Part shown: positions 42,838 through 51,782 of the stretch, piece by piece | Position numbering within the stretch: the stretch's first letter is position 1 | Layout: each line of letters opens with the position of its first letter | Source of the DNA: a virus | Direction: 5' to 3' (one strand) | Virus record (IMG/VR): IMGVR_UViG_3300031566_000003 | Length of the DNA: 64,000 bases | Notes under the pieces: model-generated | Seen by the model: only the letters and a program-made list of their open reading frames with translations | Databases searched by the model: none | What the model was told of the DNA's origin: nothing | Made by a program: the position numbers and the translations under genes

Positions 42838-43084
42838 CGATATCCTTCTTAATCTCATTAGCTATTTTCTTAAGAGCTTCAAAAAAATCTGAATAGAATC
42901 CTAATGTTATTTCAACAGCTTTTTCTCTAGATAGATCCCCAACTTCACCCCAATCTCTCGCTTTTCCTTCTTCTTCTATAGCTTTAGGATTTAAAATAAT
43001 TGCCATTAATGTGATCGTCAAAACTCCTTCAAACAATTCTTTTAATTGCCCATATAATTCTGGAATTCCTTCTTCAGCAGCCAT
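42812..43084 (-). CDS. hypothetical protein (90 aa)
   Basis: Packed ORF. Confidence 0.55.
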   Translation of the reverse strand: MAAEEGIPELYGQLKELFEGVLTITLMAIILNPKAIEEEGKARDWGEVGDLSREKAVEITLGFYSDFFEALKKIANEIKKDIDGEEKVFH

Positions 43085-43087
43085 CCT

Positions 43088-44149
43088 TTAAAGTTCCTCG
43101 AGCGCAACAGGTTTCGCCAAATATCCTAAAATTATTGTCTTAGCTTCTTTGTTATCTTTTAAGAACTGAGAAAATTCATTTATGCCCTGGAATTTCAATG
43201 TGGGATCAGCTTTCATTTTAAACCATCCTCCTCTTCTCACAATATATTTTCTTTCAAGCAAAAAGTCAAGGACTGCAAAATTCCGGCTAAACCCCCTCCC
43301 ATTAATAATTTTAAACTTAACCGACCGATGAGGTGGAAAAAGTTTATTCTTTGTTGTCTTTATCAGTCCAAAATGTCCAGCAATTCTTTTCTTAGAATCT
43401 TTAATAGCATTCGTTCTATATAAACTGAGACAAATAGAGTCATGAAAATTAAAAGCATCTCCTCCTATGTTCGTTTCAGGATTCCCCCAGAATACACCCA
43501 ATTTAGATTTCGTCTGATGACTAATCAAAAAAATAGCTTTGGACTTAGCGATAGGACCAGTCAATTTACGACAAGCTAATGCTGCAAGTCTCGCATGTTC
43601 TCCTAGCGATTTTCCTTTAGTGGTGAAATCTCCGTCTGATTCAGCCTGTGTTGTGAACCCACTAAAAGAATCCATTATTATCAAATAGGGTGCAGCAATA
43701 CCAGTTTTCTGCCGAGCCAGCAAACACATGTCTACAGCTATCTCAATGGCTCTAAAAGCATCCTCTAGAGTATCGGGCTGGCTAATTAAAAAGGATTTAA
43801 CTGGAGCACAAATTTTCCTTGCATAGTCAAGATCTAAAGCATGTTCTGATTCAACAATATGAACTGCTCCCCCTCTCTTATAAGCTTCAAGGGCAACCTT
43901 TAAAAGAAAAGAAGATTTACCGACATTAGGTTTAGACTTAATACTTACTATCCTTCCTACGGGAAGACCCCATCTGCCATCCTTAGACCTAGCAAGAATT
44001 CTGTCTAGATTTGGCAATCCAGTAGACAAAACATCTTCCACAACAAGAGGAGTAGAAGGATCAGCGAGACTCATTATTCCCACTGGTTCTTTCCTCTTTT
44101 CAATGGCAGCAAGAATTGTCTCCGAGAGAAGTGTGCTTTGTAGCTTCAT
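43088..44149 (-). CDS. recA: RecA-family recombinase
   Basis: GLPVGRIVSIKSKPNVGKSSF (Walker A context), VESEHALDLDYARKI (cf. IDAEHALDP.YA..LG) and IIMDSFSG (Walker B). GGAGGA SD. Confidence 0.8.
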   Translation of the reverse strand: MKLQSTLLSETILAAIEKRKEPVGIMSLADPSTPLVVEDVLSTGLPNLDRILARSKDGRWGLPVGRIVSIKSKPNVGKSSFLLKVALEAYKRGGAVHIVESEHALDLDYARKICAPVKSFLISQPDTLEDAFRAIEIAVDMCLLARQKTGIAAPYLIIMDSFSGFTTQAESDGDFTTKGKSLGEHARLAALACRKLTGPIAKSKAIFLISHQTKSKLGVFWGNPETNIGGDAFNFHDSICLSLYRTNAIKDSKKRIAGHFGLIKTTKNKLFPPHRSVKFKIINGRGFSRNFAVLDFLLERKYIVRRGGWFKMKADPTLKFQGINEFSQFLKDNKEAKTIILGYLAKPVALEEL

Positions 44150-44861
44150 CTTTATTAGTTCCTCCTACTTTTATAACAATCCCAAAACAATAATCATTGT
44201 AAACATTATACGATTCTACAACTTCGAGAGTATATAGTCTAATAGTTTTTGGAAATATATTTTCAAGAAACCAATGCAAGCTGAAGTTTTCAACTTTATG
44301 ACTCTCATTTCGTGGTCGCTGTTTTGATTCACAAGAAGCTCTGTAGCGCTGTTCATCAGGAAGGAATAAAATAAGAAATCCTCCTGGCTTTATCACTCTA
44401 AGCCATTCTATAAGAACAAAAGGCATTTCTTCCGGTGAGAAATCTTCAAAAAGATGTGAAGAAAAAACAAAATCAAACACGCCATCTCTAAACCAATACA
44501 AGTCCCTTGCATCTCCCCTTAAATTCTGAGGGGAATTTCCGACCTTCGTATAGGGCTTTGGAAGATCCAGAGTTATAGCCCAAGGAACAACGACATCTCC
44601 GCCGAACCCTAAATCCAGACCCATTCCCTCACAATACTTAGCTATACGATTACGACATTTATCTGTTTCTGATCCCATGCTTACCTCCAAAAAATGGTCT
44701 GGGATTATTTCATCTGTATCGTGATCAACAAGGACTCCACAACTAAGACATCTTCTTCTTGTGCCTTTAGCTGCTTCCATTTCACGCTCCATTTCTTCAC
44801 CATCTGCCATACCGCCATCTATATCAGTTCCGCAATTTGGACAAAACCAATCCCAAGGCAT
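44100..44861 (-). CDS. SAM-dependent methyltransferase with an N-terminal Zn ribbon
   Basis: CPNCG...CLSCG; GLDLGFGG (motif I), FDFVFSSHLFEDF and VIKPGGFLILF. Confidence 0.65.
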   Translation of the reverse strand: MPWDWFCPNCGTDIDGGMADGEEMEREMEAAKGTRRRCLSCGVLVDHDTDEIIPDHFLEVSMGSETDKCRNRIAKYCEGMGLDLGFGGDVVVPWAITLDLPKPYTKVGNSPQNLRGDARDLYWFRDGVFDFVFSSHLFEDFSPEEMPFVLIEWLRVIKPGGFLILFLPDEQRYRASCESKQRPRNESHKVENFSLHWFLENIFPKTIRLYTLEVVESYNVYNDYCFGIVIKVGGTNKDEATKHTSLGDNSCCH

Positions 44862-44878
44862 TTCTTTTTCCTTTCTTC

Positions 44879-45118
44879 TTATGCAGTAATAAATTCTCCA
44901 TCTTCTGTAATGCCATAATAACCAGGAATTTCAGGCAATCCATAAACCAATGCAAGCTGATGACATGTTTTCACAGCATCAACAGTAGCCGCATCTCTTC
45001 TAATTCCTTCACCAACTGAAAATACAATCATACACTTTCCTGGTATCCAGCCTCTTCTTGATAGATTTATCAATTTTTCCAAATCCTCTTTTGATGCCTT
45101 TACTCCTGTTCTCTTCAT
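44879..45118 (-). CDS. hypothetical protein (79 aa from the ATG at 45118)
   Basis: AAGGAG SD. Confidence 0.55.
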   Translation of the reverse strand: MKRTGVKASKEDLEKLINLSRRGWIPGKCMIVFSVGEGIRRDAATVDAVKTCHQLALVYGLPEIPGYYGITEDGEFITA

Positions 45119-45129
45119 TCTGGTTCTCC

Positions 45130-45537
45130 TTATAACCATATACATTTTTCTTTATGAGGATATTCGTTATGAGGACAAGGAGATTCACTTCTGTTTTTTA
45201 GATCACTTACCCACGATATAGGAGAACTACGTTTGAGCAATGTAGCTGACACTCCTATATCACACCTCTGATATTTGCCGAGATCAATCTCAAAATGTGT
45301 TGACTTCGTTACTCCTATTAATTCCACCTTAAATCCGTTTAATGTTCTAACATAAACATGATAAACGACTTCATCAAGCAATGATTCTGGTAAAAGTTCG
45401 CATGAAGAATCATAAATGATAGGTTCCCATTTTAAGACAACAATGAATTTATCGCTGTTAATATATGAATAGATAGTCCAACAAGATAAAGCTAAAATTA
45501 TAGACAGTATGATCATACGTGCCGCCCACTTATTCAT
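45130..45537 (-). CDS. membrane-anchored protein (N-terminal TM helix)
   Basis: MNKWAARMIILSIILALSCW; AAGGGAG SD before 45537. Confidence 0.6.
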   Translation of the reverse strand: MNKWAARMIILSIILALSCWTIYSYINSDKFIVVLKWEPIIYDSSCELLPESLLDEVVYHVYVRTLNGFKVELIGVTKSTHFEIDLGKYQRCDIGVSATLLKRSSPISWVSDLKNRSESPCPHNEYPHKEKCIWL

Positions 45538-45548
45538 TTTTTCTCCCT

Positions 45549-45761
45549 TCAATACCAAATCCATTCAAACTTAACCCAATTCACATTAGATGGATTTTGT
45601 AAGCTCATAGCATAATTTAGAGCAGCGCCAGTTTTATCAATGTAGGTTGGTGGATTATCTAGATCTTCTTGAGTGAAATCCCACACTCTTGTATACCGAC
45701 TCATTGGTTCTCCAACTAGAATCCCTGCAACAACCACTACACTGCATTTCGTAGGACCCAT
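45549..45761 (-). CDS. hypothetical protein (70 aa)
   Basis: Packed ORF. Confidence 0.5.
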   Translation of the reverse strand: MGPTKCSVVVVAGILVGEPMSRYTRVWDFTQEDLDNPPTYIDKTGAALNYAMSLQNPSNVNWVKFEWIWY

Positions 45762-45771
45762 CTTATCTCCT

Positions 45772-45954
45772 CTATTTATTTGTTACAATTATACTATCTA
45801 CACACTTACACGATAACACATTAGAACTATAACGTCTATTGGTTGAGCCATGACACTTTGTACAGAATTCAGCTCCACACCGATCACACTTATGATCATC
45901 AACTTCACCAACCCTACAAATAGGACAACTTCCTTCACATCCACATTCGCTCAT
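45772..45954 (-). CDS. hypothetical Zn-ribbon protein (60 aa from the ATG at 45954)
   Basis: CGCEGSCPIC...CDRCG...CTKCH. Confidence 0.55.
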   Translation of the reverse strand: MSECGCEGSCPICRVGEVDDHKCDRCGAEFCTKCHGSTNRRYSSNVLSCKCVDSIIVTNK

Positions 45955-45981
45955 AGCTTGCTCTCCACGAACCACTATCCT

Positions 45982-46110
45982 TCATTTCGATGCTAGATAG
46001 GCAAATAAGGGTGCCCATATCAGAAAGATAGCAGCGAACCAAAAAAGAAGATTCCTGTGTTGTTTCTTTTTAAGTGTTCGCATCTTTAAAAAAGGTCTGT
46101 TATTTAGCAT
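45982..46110 (-). CDS. small membrane protein (42 aa, below the ORF-track cutoff)
   Basis: Hand-translated MLNNRPFLKMRTLKKKQHRNLLFWFAAIFLIWAPLFAYLASK; GGAGGAG SD. Confidence 0.5.
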   Translation of the reverse strand: MLNNRPFLKMRTLKKKQHRNLLFWFAAIFLIWAPLFAYLASK

Positions 46111-46132
46111 AAGCCCTCTCCTCCGCATTCAC

Positions 46133-46540
46133 TCATGACTTGCTCTCCACAAAAGAACTGACTGCCAGACTTACTATAACTTTACATATCCCAAATTCCA
46201 TACAGTCTGGATACGGTTCTTCAGGATGCCTTTTAGCATTCATAGTCCGAAAAATTAATGTATCTCTTAGCCCAGAAAATCTCTCACACTCAAATCCTTT
46301 TGCGCTTACCGTTAGAAATATGCAGCACTTCTCACCCTTTCCCGCTCCACACTCCTCAGGATTAGGAATTGGAACTATTTGTTCTATTTCTTCTATTTCA
46401 TCTTTATCTGTGCCGCAACCATAAGATGTTCCATCATATACTAAGAGCTCTTCGCTATCACCACATACACCAAAAGAATCTGAAACCACATGAGCTATAG
46501 CTCCTGTCAACTTATTCCTTACCCTTGTGCCAACTTTCAT
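46133..46540 (-). CDS. hypothetical protein (135 aa)
   Basis: Packed ORF. Confidence 0.65.
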   Translation of the reverse strand: MKVGTRVRNKLTGAIAHVVSDSFGVCGDSEELLVYDGTSYGCGTDKDEIEEIEQIVPIPNPEECGAGKGEKCCIFLTVSAKGFECERFSGLRDTLIFRTMNAKRHPEEPYPDCMEFGICKVIVSLAVSSFVESKS

Positions 46541-46773
46541 GTCTCTATCTCCGCATTAAGCACAGGTCGCCCCTGAATAGAAAGAATAACTGAATCAGTA
46601 GCAAGACTTACTTTCTCAGTATTTATCAGCATTTTCACAAATTCCTTTGCTTGTTGCTCAGCCTCTTCTTTATCGCTTGCAGTTTTTTTTCCACCACCTT
46701 CAATTCCATCTCCAGAAACAGTCCATCCCCATCTTCCATTTTGCTCATCAATTAAAAGAACATTTATTATCAT
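46537..46773 (-). CDS. hypothetical protein (78 aa)
   Basis: ATGA overlap with the next gene. Confidence 0.55.
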   Translation of the reverse strand: MIINVLLIDEQNGRWGWTVSGDGIEGGGKKTASDKEEAEQQAKEFVKMLINTEKVSLATDSVILSIQGRPVLNAEIET

Positions 46774-46805
46774 TTTTACTTCCTTTAGATTTTTGTACTT
46801 CTTCT

Positions 46806-46964
46806 CTTATTTTAATGCTAAACAATCACCGTTTGTATTATATAGATCTCCATCAAATTCGCAATCGTGATGACCTATGCAAGTATGACAGCTACACCAT
46901 GAATCATTATCTAAACCAAACGGATGATAAGATTGTGCTTGCCATCTTAGCCATTTCCAAACCA
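46806..46964 (-). CDS. hypothetical Cys/His-rich protein (52 aa, below the ORF-track cutoff)
   Basis: Hand-translated MVWKWLRWQAQSYHPFGLDNDSWCSCHTCIGHHDCEFDG...; AAGGGG SD. Confidence 0.45.
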
Positions 46965-46982
46965 TTTTTCCCCTTTTAATTA

Positions 46983-47684
46983 GCAGAAGAGATAAGCAGC
47001 GTTCACATTGAGGTCTACGATCCAGCTACGGCCGGAGCTTTACTTACCCTTCTGCATGTACTGGCAGCGACAGATTCCGCCACTCATTACTGAGCCAGGA
47101 TTCGAACCCGGACGAGACACTTTCTCCTATATTGGATTTTGCAGCGGGGTTACTTTCCTGAGATCACGCAAGACGCAGACACCCTCTTAAAGTCCCCGTC
47201 GGAGTGGATCACTTCTCATATACCCTCAGTCATTGCGTCTACCACGAGGCAAGCCCTTCCGTGCGATGAAGGGATCAGTACATCTTTTCGCCTTAGCAAA
47301 CTGTGCTCTTGCTTGCCTCATTCCGCCATTGCCAGCACGTCCATTCCACATTCTATTTTTCAAGTATTGGAAACTAACGGTATCTTGATAATTTTTAAAA
47401 CATAAAGCAACTTCTGACATAATTGTGCTCAATTCTTCAATAGCTTTGCTAGTATTATGGATACTTAAACCAAGAGACTGCATCGCTATATCCCTTTGAA
47501 GTTTTTGCTCAATAGTTAATTCTGTTTTCATAGTTTAATTTGTGCTGGCAGCCTCTACTCTGAGAGAGAGAAGAGATGGAAAGACGCGCTTGCTATGCTG
47601 CTTCGTTCCGTGGCACAGAGGAAGCAATCCTCCAACTACCTTGAACCATCTTTACTACTGCCCATCTCCTCCTTTACTGCCAGC
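46983..47684 (-). ncRNA. large GC-rich structured-RNA candidate containing a tRNA-type T-arm (class unknown)
   Basis: T-arm CCGGG-TTCGAAT-CCTGG at 47095-47111. Complementary pairs: 47677-84 with 47544-51; 47662-69 with 47572-79 (nested inside the first); 47311-19 with 47246-54 (9 bp); 47234-40 with 47171-77; 47049-55 with 46983-89. GC-rich flanks surround an AT-rich core. No SD before the embedded ORF. Confidence 0.5.
47226..47531 (-). CDS. questionable ORF (101 aa) embedded in the structured-RNA locus
   Basis: The N-terminal 60 aa look protein-like, but there is no SD and the 3' third runs through GC-rich paired segments (R/G/A-rich translation). Confidence 0.25.
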   Translation of the reverse strand: MKTELTIEQKLQRDIAMQSLGLSIHNTSKAIEELSTIMSEVALCFKNYQDTVSFQYLKNRMWNGRAGNGGMRQARAQFAKAKRCTDPFIARKGLPRGRRND

Positions 47685-47691
47685 GTGTATT

Positions 47692-48825
47692 TTATTTCGC
47701 TTTTTTCTTAGCCGAATGCGTTTCAAGTTTCTTTTTTAAAGAAGAACTAACTGCTTCTTCTTCTGCATCAAGATCTTCATCTTCGCTGAGCTCTTTATCT
47801 ATTTCGTTGAAGAACTCTTCGTCTTCGTCTCCTTCCTCTTTTTCCTCTTCGCTTTCTCCTTCTTTTTCTCCTGCGCTTTCTTCTTCTTCACCATCTTCTT
47901 CTCCTCCTTCCTCTTCTAGATCGTCAGTTTTTTCTTCCTCATTAAGATCTTCATCCTCATCAAGATCTTCATCAGGTTCAAGCTCAACTCCCTTCATTAC
48001 CGCCAAAATTTCTTCGCTCGTTAATTTGGGATAAATAATACTCCAATCAAGAGCGTTTTCGCTCATATATTTTCTAACAACCTTGGGGAGAATAAAAGTC
48101 GTTAACGAAAAGCCTACATCAGAATAGGTAGTTTTTATCTTTTCTCCAGATCTAGAAAATTCAAAGTTATGACCTTCCGTAATACTGAAAGGATTATGCC
48201 CAATCTCCTTATGTATTTTATTAGCCATTGAAATCAGAGGATCTCTTACGGTCGGGCCAACAGTAAGATAGCCAAGTCCTGATTGACAAACTTTCCCCCA
48301 AGATGTCTTAGCTACACATTTTTCACAAACATCATGGCCCTCATCCTCTTCGCGAAAGATATAATTTCCAAAACACTCTCTTGGCTTCGGAAATTTCTTT
48401 TCATCATCTTCAAAAAACTTGTGCAAGGGAGTCAAGTTAATTCCCTCTAGGAGACAACGCTGTTTTCGGTACCTCAACTTGAGTCTTGCCTTAGCCTTTG
48501 CCCCCCCACGTTTTCTATCCTCCTCTAGAGAAAGGCACTGCGGACATAGATCAAAAGGCTCAAAGCCTTTAAAATTCTCTTCAACATGATCTCTAATACA
48601 CCTTATTTGTGCCTTTCGGTCTGGACCACAATTGTAATGAATCCCCATCTCCTCCCAAGGAAACTCACTTTCTGTCGCAGTCTCCTTAAATCTAAAATAA
48701 TTTTTCCCATCCACGACAACAAGTCTTCTGGCAAAACGACTTGAACTCTTCTTCTTTTGTCGCTTCCTTTGAGCCGCGATCTCCTTAGTCTTTTCCCTAA
48801 CTTTTTCTCCTGAAAACTTACCCAT
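47692..48825 (-). CDS. hypothetical protein with Cys clusters and a roughly 90-aa acidic C-terminal tail (SSB-like architecture, speculative)
   Basis: Long ORF. CPQC and CEKC pairs. The D/E-rich tail resembles the tails of phage ssDNA-binding proteins, but I recognise no diagnostic motif. Confidence 0.7.
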   Translation of the reverse strand: MGKFSGEKVREKTKEIAAQRKRQKKKSSSRFARRLVVVDGKNYFRFKETATESEFPWEEMGIHYNCGPDRKAQIRCIRDHVEENFKGFEPFDLCPQCLSLEEDRKRGGAKAKARLKLRYRKQRCLLEGINLTPLHKFFEDDEKKFPKPRECFGNYIFREEDEGHDVCEKCVAKTSWGKVCQSGLGYLTVGPTVRDPLISMANKIHKEIGHNPFSITEGHNFEFSRSGEKIKTTYSDVGFSLTTFILPKVVRKYMSENALDWSIIYPKLTSEEILAVMKGVELEPDEDLDEDEDLNEEEKTDDLEEEGGEEDGEEEESAGEKEGESEEEKEEGDEDEEFFNEIDKELSEDEDLDAEEEAVSSSLKKKLETHSAKKKAK

Positions 48826-48884
48826 ATTTTTCCTCCCTCAATAGAATTAATTTTTTCTTTATGCTATTAGTATATACTATCTTC

Positions 48885-49133
48885 CTACCCTTTACTTATT
48901 TCTAAAACTTCAATCCTGGGATCGTCTTCCTTGAGAACTATCTGACCAATTCCCCACGCCATGCGGAACTGCTTCTTGACATAGTTCGGATCAAACCGGA
49001 TTGTAACCATAACAGCTTCTCTCAGCGTTCCCCAAAACCGAAGCTCTTTCTTTATCACAGTCCCCACCTCGCAATCACGTTCATACTTAGGGACCTCCTT
49101 AAAATCAACTCTGACCTTCTGCCCTAATTCCAT
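48885..49133 (-). CDS. hypothetical protein (82 aa)
   Basis: Packed ORF. Confidence 0.55.
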   Translation of the reverse strand: MELGQKVRVDFKEVPKYERDCEVGTVIKKELRFWGTLREAVMVTIRFDPNYVKKQFRMAWGIGQIVLKEDDPRIEVLEISKG

Positions 49134-49375
49134 TTAATTCTACCACGTAGCCTATAGAAATAAAGATTAGGAAAAACTTCTGGATATTTACTATACCCGC
49201 ATTTCGTACATTGAAGAGCATCCCCCATAAGACCATACCCGCCTTCAAGAATATGATCACAAAGAGATCTCTTCAGTGACTCATTGTTCTCCATATTCTT
49301 TCCGTAAAACTTTCTCAAGATAGCCTTAAAGAAAAAAGCAATTGGTCCTGGACAAATAGAATCAATTGTAGACAT
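49124..49375 (-). CDS. hypothetical protein (83 aa)
   Basis: Packed ORF. Confidence 0.55.
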   Translation of the reverse strand: MSTIDSICPGPIAFFFKAILRKFYGKNMENNESLKRSLCDHILEGGYGLMGDALQCTKCGYSKYPEVFPNLYFYRLRGRIKWN

Positions 49376-49403
49376 ATATCTCTCCTAGCTATTATATTCC
49401 ATC

Positions 49404-49745
49404 TTAATTTTTGAAAAGGGAATTCTCATAATAATTGAGTGCATATTGTTTGCACCTGAGTAACTTAGCTCTTAGTGTCTCAAAAATCTCCTTTTCTTCG
49501 ACTATAAGTTTCCGTGACACAAATGACGCTGATGCCGATAATTGCATATTTTCTAATCGATCTATGTTCCAATTCGCCAACCAATTTCTTAAGTCTTTAG
49601 AAAAATCAAAACTGGTTCCACAATAAAAAGCACCACCAGACTGAGTATCTTCTTCCGGTAGACTAAGCCAAACCTTATTATCAATGGTAATGATCCGGAA
49701 TTTATCTACGTCAATACTTTGTAATTGTTTTTGGTCTGCATTCAT
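49404..49745 (-). CDS. hypothetical protein (113 aa)
   Basis: Packed ORF. Confidence 0.6.
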   Translation of the reverse strand: MNADQKQLQSIDVDKFRIITIDNKVWLSLPEEDTQSGGAFYCGTSFDFSKDLRNWLANWNIDRLENMQLSASASFVSRKLIVEEKEIFETLRAKLLRCKQYALNYYENSLFKN

Positions 49746-49781
49746 AATAATTTTCTCCTTTCTTTATAAATTCCCAAACTG

Positions 49782-50006
49782 TTATCTTCCACAATGCCAA
49801 TGAACAAAGCACAAATCTCTAGACCACGGTAGTCCCAGAAAATCCTTACCCATATCATATTCTACTTTGTGGAGAATACAATCTCTACATTCTTGCCAAT
49901 TAAAATCGCACCCTTTCTCTTCACAAGTTATTGGAAAATGGCTATAGTGATTTTTATGTAAGCACAAATTCTCAAATAATAAATTTTGTCCTTCAAGGGT
50001 CACCAT
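49782..50006 (-). CDS. hypothetical Cys/His-rich protein (74 aa)
   Basis: Packed ORF. Confidence 0.55.
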   Translation of the reverse strand: MVTLEGQNLLFENLCLHKNHYSHFPITCEEKGCDFNWQECRDCILHKVEYDMGKDFLGLPWSRDLCFVHWHCGR

Positions 50007-50021
50007 CCTCTTTTCTCCGCA

Positions 50022-50648
50022 TTAATGAAAATAGCAACCTTCACCATTAATTAAGCATCGGGTACAATCGCTATTTCTTGTTTCGGTTGATGTCTTACAC
50101 CACCATCCATTACAGCGAGAAACAATTTCTCCGTTGAATATCATCTCTGCATAACCTGAAACAAAATCAGGATGCGCTATCATTTTTCCACTTTCTATTG
50201 ATACTTTTTTTGCCTTATATAACTCATCAATAGAAAGACCTATGTTTAATATATCATTTGAATGAACAGCTTTCCATAATTCTTCATTTCTAGTAAAACC
50301 ATACTGAGGAATACCTTTATTTTCTATACTCATAACAGTTGATACAACTGTTTGTGTCAATTTACTCGGACAATCTCCCCAAGTAAACCATTGGATCATG
50401 TGAGCATTATACTTTTCTCTCAAAAGAAACTCATAATCTTCAAGCATCTTCTTTAAAATTTCCGCATCAGTATGAGTTTTAAAAAAATTATAAGCAAATC
50501 GCTCATGCTCATTTATCTCATCTTCCCCCCCGGATGGACATAATTCCATGCACTGACTAGTAGCAAATTCACAGGTTCCACCATCTGAAAGTTTCCCTAT
50601 TGGGAAGAACACAGATGGAATGTCTGAGTCCATGTGAAGTATTCTCAT
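50022..50648 (-). CDS. hypothetical Cys-rich protein (208 aa)
   Basis: Long ORF. Confidence 0.65.
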   Translation of the reverse strand: MRILHMDSDIPSVFFPIGKLSDGGTCEFATSQCMELCPSGGEDEINEHERFAYNFFKTHTDAEILKKMLEDYEFLLREKYNAHMIQWFTWGDCPSKLTQTVVSTVMSIENKGIPQYGFTRNEELWKAVHSNDILNIGLSIDELYKAKKVSIESGKMIAHPDFVSGYAEMIFNGEIVSRCNGWWCKTSTETRNSDCTRCLINGEGCYFH

Positions 50649-50740
50649 TAATTCCTATCCTCGTCAATATTCATATTATTGTTTAAAGTATATATGGGCA
50701 TTATACCCATTTCATAAGCACCCCATTTCGCTATTTATAT

Positions 50741-50775
50741 AATCAAAAGGGGGAGAATGAGCTTATTTCCCCCCC
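50741..50775 (-). terminator. intrinsic terminator after 50811-51335
   Basis: On the minus strand, GGGGGGGAA pairs with TTCTCCCCC (9 bp including one G-U), 9-nt loop, then TTTTGATT. Confidence 0.7.
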
Positions 50776-50810
50776 TATTTTAATGAAGATTCTTCTAATA
50801 GCTATTCGAA

Positions 50811-51335
50811 TCAATCGCTTTCTATCTTCAAAAGATCTGCTTTAGCTACTCCTAAAATGCTATCAGAAGGAACCCTCCGAATATCGGCACTCCTAGATTC
50901 CAAAACAGAAGCCTTGATCACTAATGCCTGATAAAGATATCTAGCACGTTGCCAATTTGCCCTCGCCGCATTGACACTTGCACACGCCTCTATCCACTTT
51001 GGATGACGTTTAATTGTTTTATCTATCCTAGCCTCTCCGGTCATACCAGTATTTCTAACCGCCTTGTCTATCATCCCCTCAAGTTTTCGTTTGATGTCTT
51101 CCTTATTCCTATGTTCCTTTTCTAGCAATGCCGTAATTGAACCAAAATATCCTAAGATAGCTGGAATTTTTTCAACCTGGAAATGAATATCTTCTTCAGC
51201 AGTAACTAGAATTTCCGAACCCATATCTACTTCAAACGCCCTATCCCGAACTCTGAATCTTACTTTAGTTAGCTGATCATAAAGCCACACTCCATCTTTA
51301 CTTGTTGGTTTTTTATCCAGTTTCTTCTTCGCCAT
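50811..51335 (-). CDS. hypothetical protein (174 aa)
   Basis: Long ORF followed by a terminator. Confidence 0.65.
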   Translation of the reverse strand: MAKKKLDKKPTSKDGVWLYDQLTKVRFRVRDRAFEVDMGSEILVTAEEDIHFQVEKIPAILGYFGSITALLEKEHRNKEDIKRKLEGMIDKAVRNTGMTGEARIDKTIKRHPKWIEACASVNAARANWQRARYLYQALVIKASVLESRSADIRRVPSDSILGVAKADLLKIESD

Positions 51336-51365
51336 TTTATCTTCCCCTAGATTTAAAGAATCTGC

Positions 51366-51389
51366 TAGGAGAGACCAAAGTCTCTCCTA
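51366..51389 (-). terminator. perfect 10-bp hairpin TAGGAGAGAC-N4-GTCTCTCCTA downstream of the HU-like gene (weak T-tract)
   Basis: Read directly. Only CTTT follows, so its termination function is uncertain. Confidence 0.4.
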
Positions 51390-51410
51390 ACTTAATCCGG
51401 GACCGTATTG

Positions 51411-51761
51411 TTATTTCTTTACAAGTTTTTTCTTCACAGCAACCGGAACTGAAGGTTTCTTTTCTCCCTCCACCCTTTCCCTAAGAACTCGGGATGCCCT
51501 GAACCGAGGAACAGTTTTCGCGGCAATCTTAATCTTCTCTCCAGTCCGGGGATTTCTCCCGACCCTGGCAGCTCGTTCTTCTACTTTGAATTTACCAAAA
51601 TGAGGAATGGTAACATCTTCTCCCGCAGCCAAGGCCGCTGTGATGACATCAAAAAAGGCTTTTCCCATTTGATAAACTCCATGTCTCCGGAGAGGAGGAA
51701 CATCCGGGGACTGCTCGATTCTTAAATAAACTTCGTTTGTGACTTTTGCTAATGAAAACAT
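51411..51761 (-). CDS. HU/IHF-family DNA-binding protein with an atypical N-terminus and a Lys-rich tail
   Basis: FGKFKVEERAARVGRNPRTGEKIKIAAKTVPRFRAS matches the HU arm motif (GFG.F.v..R.AR.GRNP.TGe.i.I......F). Confidence 0.8.
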   Translation of the reverse strand: MFSLAKVTNEVYLRIEQSPDVPPLRRHGVYQMGKAFFDVITAALAAGEDVTIPHFGKFKVEERAARVGRNPRTGEKIKIAAKTVPRFRASRVLRERVEGEKKPSVPVAVKKKLVKK

Positions 51762-51782
51762 AAATACACTTCTCCTTTCGGC

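Noticed and set aside
47085-47232. Canonical tRNA gene (possibly a suppressor) around the perfect T-arm.
   Set aside because: The 7 nt after the T-stem (CTCAGTA) find a partner (GACTGAG) only 140 nt upstream. No D-arm or anticodon stem-loop can be drawn at tRNA distances. Complementary pairs also continue about 100 nt beyond the would-be 3' end, so the T-arm is internal to a larger RNA.
47085-47514. tmRNA, with acceptor pairing TATTGAG (47514-47508) to CTCAGTA and GC-rich pseudoknot-like segments before the T-arm.
   Set aside because: The wobble pair is U3-G70 rather than the universal G3-U70. The 5' region is AT-rich with no D-loop analogue or PK1. No tag reading frame ending in a hydrophobic ...LAA-like tail is visible. 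The idea is kept only as a remote option inside the ncRNA finding.
46983-47690. Group I or II intron interrupting a protein-coding gene.
   Set aside because: The upstream ORF (47692-48825) ends with a complete acidic tail and its own stop. The downstream small ORF has its own SD and an in-frame TAA just upstream. No split exon frames and no RT or homing endonuclease-sized ORF are present.
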